A DNA stretch of 64,000 nucleotides from the human T2T-CHM13v2.0 reference genome, Homo sapiens, in the NCBI RefSeq assembly GCF_009914755.1, contig NC_060931.1; one strand, given 5' to 3'. Below the pieces are notes generated by a model. It made no database searches. It worked only from the letters and a program-made list of their open reading frames with translations, and was not told where the DNA came from. Shown here one piece after another: positions 60,526-64,000 of this stretch. The translations under genes were made by a program, and so were the position numbers. The first letter of the stretch is position 1; each line of letters starts with the position of its first letter.

Positions 60526-61200
60526 TGAGGCAGGAGAATAAGGTCTGGAGGCAGGGAATTGAGAGCCAATTCCCGCTAATTTCCTAAAGCTGGATCATAA
60601 AAACGAAAATACCGGGGTCTGGGGGCAGGTAGCCTAAGGCTAATTTGTGCTAACGTCCTAAAGCTGGATCAAGAAACACCTGGGTCTGGGGTCAGGGAAC
60701 CTAAAGCCGATTTGTGCTAACTTCCTAAAGCTGGATCAAAAAAGAAAAAAAAAAAAACCATTTCCCTACGCCCCAGTAACAAAGGATCAAAGGCTACTCC
60801 CCTACAACACTTGCTGCCCACTATGCCCCAGATGGAAAGAGAAAGTGCCTCGGATGTGGGAGGGGAGGAGGAAGCATGGACCAGCCCTTGATGTGCATAG
60901 GGCCCCAATCCGCTCCAGCCTGTAATTGGCCATGGGCTAAATCCTTCACTCACAGGAGTAGCCAATTGAGACATCAAAAGTGGGTACTTAAATGCCAGAA
61001 AACTTTGTAACCAGGGCCCTTGAGCCACTTGATGGCGTGCTCCCACCAGGTGGAGTGTTTTCTTTCTTCAATACATCTTTACCTTTGCTATTTCATTCCT
61101 TTATTTCCATCCTTTGTTACTTTGTGTGTTTTGTTCAGTTCTTTGTTCAACGTGCCAAGAAACTGCACATCTCACACTCAAGGCCTGCCTTCCAATAACA
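60526..61200 (+). mobile_element. MER51/MER61-group ERV1 solo LTR
   Basis: tgaggcaggagaata.ggtctggaggcaggga...ttctttgttcaa...ccaataaca; 4-bp TSD atct/gtct. Confidence 0.85.
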
Positions 61201-62229
61201 GTCTGAAGTAATCGCTCCTAATCAATTCATTATTGATTTTTTTTAAGAATGTAAATATCTAACACAGCCTCTGGGACTTCAATGGCAGTCAATACACATT
61301 AGTTCTCTGGTGACCCTTTTCCATTCATGCCAGTGGCATCTATGATGTGTGAGAGAAGAAACTGTCCCTGGAATTGTTCTGTATCTTGAGGAAGCTCCCT
61401 GTGTCTACCCCAGAAAGCAGGAGCAAGGCTTGCCTCTTTATTATTTCACCAAAGCAGAGAACCATTCACTGGTACAGAGTTGTGTTCACTTTCCACTCAG
61501 AGAGAGAGAGACAATTAAGAAAAGGGATTTGCATGAGGGATGTCAATGATCTGTTTCTTATTGTCAGCTTCTGTACCTTTTTCTCTCTTTTTCCAGTGCT
61601 TTTTTAATGCCATATGTAGGCAAATTACAAATAAACAAAACCAAGAAGAAAAATGTAAGCTGTGGGCTGATGACATTGCTTAGCAAAAAATGAGTCTCAC
61701 ACACAGGCGGCTGCACTCCAGATTTCAATTTAATTCACTTTCCACAAGCAACAAGAGCAAGAATAATATGCTTCAATGTAGGGAGATCAGAGAAGAGAAG
61801 CTTCACTGCATTTTGAGACCGAGAATGACTGAATGAGGTGGCAGTGGTGGCAGCCGCTGCTCATCACAAGATGGAGAAAGGCTGGAAAATGAAATGGAAG
61901 TTGAAAGTGGTTGTTGTGAGTCAGGCTCCGACTATGGTGACCTGTCTTGCTGTGAGAATACACATGGAAACCAGCCTTCCACAGAGCCAAACATAGACAT
62001 GTCTGTAATCTCTGGACACTAAGAAATAAGCTTCTTACAGACAGAATCTGGAAAGATGTCTGCCAAGAGTGGGGATGCAGGGACTAGAAAACAAAAGCAA
62101 AGCCCATCTTTCACTGGAGCATGTCTGCACAAACATTCTGCTGACTGACGATAGACATACAAGTTGTGAATACACTTAAAATGTATGAGTGTGAAAAGTG
62201 TCTACATACAATTATTATCTATTATTTAC

Positions 62230-62400
62230 TTGTTATTTATTTATTATTTACTGAAATCCTACTTTGTCAGGCATCAGGCTAAGTGCCTTATTACATTATG
62301 TGATTCATTCTCCATAATAACCATTTGATGTAGAAGCTATCATTTTCACAATTTTTCATATGGGGAAACCAAGGCCTAGAAAAGAAAAGTTCTTCCTTGG
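62230..62400 (-). mobile_element. MIR fragment
   Basis: cctactttgtcaggca...ctaagtgcctta...cattctccataataacc...tggggaaaccaaggc. Confidence 0.65.
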
Positions 62401-64000
62401 CAAGTAACCATTTTTAAAGAGAAAAGAATTTTATCCCAGAAGAAAACATTTTATCTCTGTTCATGTGAATGAAATATACACATATATTTATATTTACATC
62501 AAAGGTGAGTAAAACTTTATGAAAAATAAAGTTAGGCTTTACAAGCAGTTTGGCAGGATTCATTTAGATGCTTTCAGTAAAGTTTATGTGCTATATCAAT
62601 TTCTGTACCTAGAAAAGGAACAAAATGTTTTTGTTATTTTCCTTCCATTGATTAAAACAAAATAACAAACAAAAAACACAACTGAACCTAGACTGTTCAT
62701 CTGCTGGGACCTAATCTGAGCTTGAAAAAAAAAATTTCAGAAAAATCAACTTATTCCACCACATCATTTGTGCCAACTACAGTGTTAGGATTATCCCTGG
62801 AAATTTCAAGGAGAAAAGTATGCTCCTCCCTCAGGTACCATTTGCAGAAGTCACTCATCTATCGATTCCTGATGTTGCTGGTTTTAGCAAGATAAGACTC
62901 CTAATCCATACACTGAATGTTACTCTGCCAGAGATGAAATAGCTTTAATGCCAACAAAGATTACTGTGATGTTAGACTGGAGAAGATTGTGTTGTTGGAA
63001 CTACAGCATCCCCAGGAATACTTGCCATCTTGTGTAAATGCTATATTGAAGCCAAACATTGACTCTGCCTCTCATTCTATTCAGAAATCTAAGGGCATAG
63101 CAATCATATTTGTGTGCTTAACTCTGGTAAAAGGACTTTGTTCCCATTATAAACTACGGTGATTTTCTTTCAACTAGCCTTTCCCTAATTTAAATAATGT
63201 ATTTAGTTGTTCCTAAGATGCTATCAATTGTAAAATGCATGATCCATCAGCTTTTTTCAATATAGCTTTGCAGAAGAAGAAATGCTACATTAAATATACA
63301 AATCCATATAAGAAGTACACTAGTGTCAGAAAACATTTTAATGTATAAAATATGCATTGTAGAATTGTGTATTGTGTATATATCTGTATCTATCTACATA
63401 TATATATAAATAATGTCACAGATATATATAAACCTACATTTATATATACATAAATATATGAAAACATATAATATAAACAAGCAGCAGGAAAAGGAACATC
63501 ATGGAAATCTTATATTTATGCCAATGTAAACACACATTCCAGTTAAATTTACTCATTTGACATCACATAGAGACCATGGCATCTGCAGAATTGAAGTGTA
63601 ACCTGTACTCTGCCTTAAGTAGAAAGAAGATGGAAAGCCATCTGCTCACAATACTCGTTACTGTTACTAATTATTAAGAGAATATTATTTTGTTTGTTTT
63701 TACAAAAAAAGTGACAACACTGGGATCAGAATTTTTTTTCCTTGTATATCATGTACTGAGACCTCAGAACAAGCAATGCTAGGGCAGATTCAGAATGTTT
63801 TAGGTAAGTCAAGACACAGGAAAGAGCTCCCCTCAGTGCTTAGCAGGAAATATCTAGCGTAGACAGCAAGGCACCAACAGAATGGGCACACCCAGCCAGG
63901 CAAGATGTGGAAGCATATACCCTTTAGCATACAGCAGAAGGAGCTGGGACCTAATCACACCAGGGAAATATTTGCTTGCAGTGACCTTCCTCACATTGCA

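Noticed and set aside
61838-62022. Protein-looking + frame (GGSGGSRCSSQDGERLENEMEVESG...)
   Set aside because: Immediately preceded by TGA, with no good acceptor and no recognised homologue.

Overview
Primate (hominoid, most likely human) non-coding DNA, intronic or intergenic, dominated by transposable elements. I recognise no host protein-coding gene, rRNA, tRNA or CRISPR array, and nearly all short ORFs in the track are chance or repeat-derived. The centrepiece is a full-length ~6 kb L1PA2-like LINE-1 on the minus strand (27838-33894). Its ORF1 is frameshifted near the 3' end, its ORF2 is broken by one nonsense codon, and its antisense ORF0 is intact. Other content: nine Alus (one nested in another), ERV1/ERVL/MaLR LTRs, an ERVL gag fossil, HAL1, old L1M/L2/MIR remnants, Tigger/hAT/mariner MITEs and microsatellites. 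The most unusual structure is an MST MaLR element (20077-22369) whose ends fall near the expected transcription start and poly(A) site. It looks like an L1-made processed retrocopy rather than a provirus. I also note a few exon-like units, a p53-type palindrome and repair-scar-like local repeats. Subfamily names come from recalled consensus motifs and need RepeatMasker/Dfam confirmation. I found no convincing new biological system.
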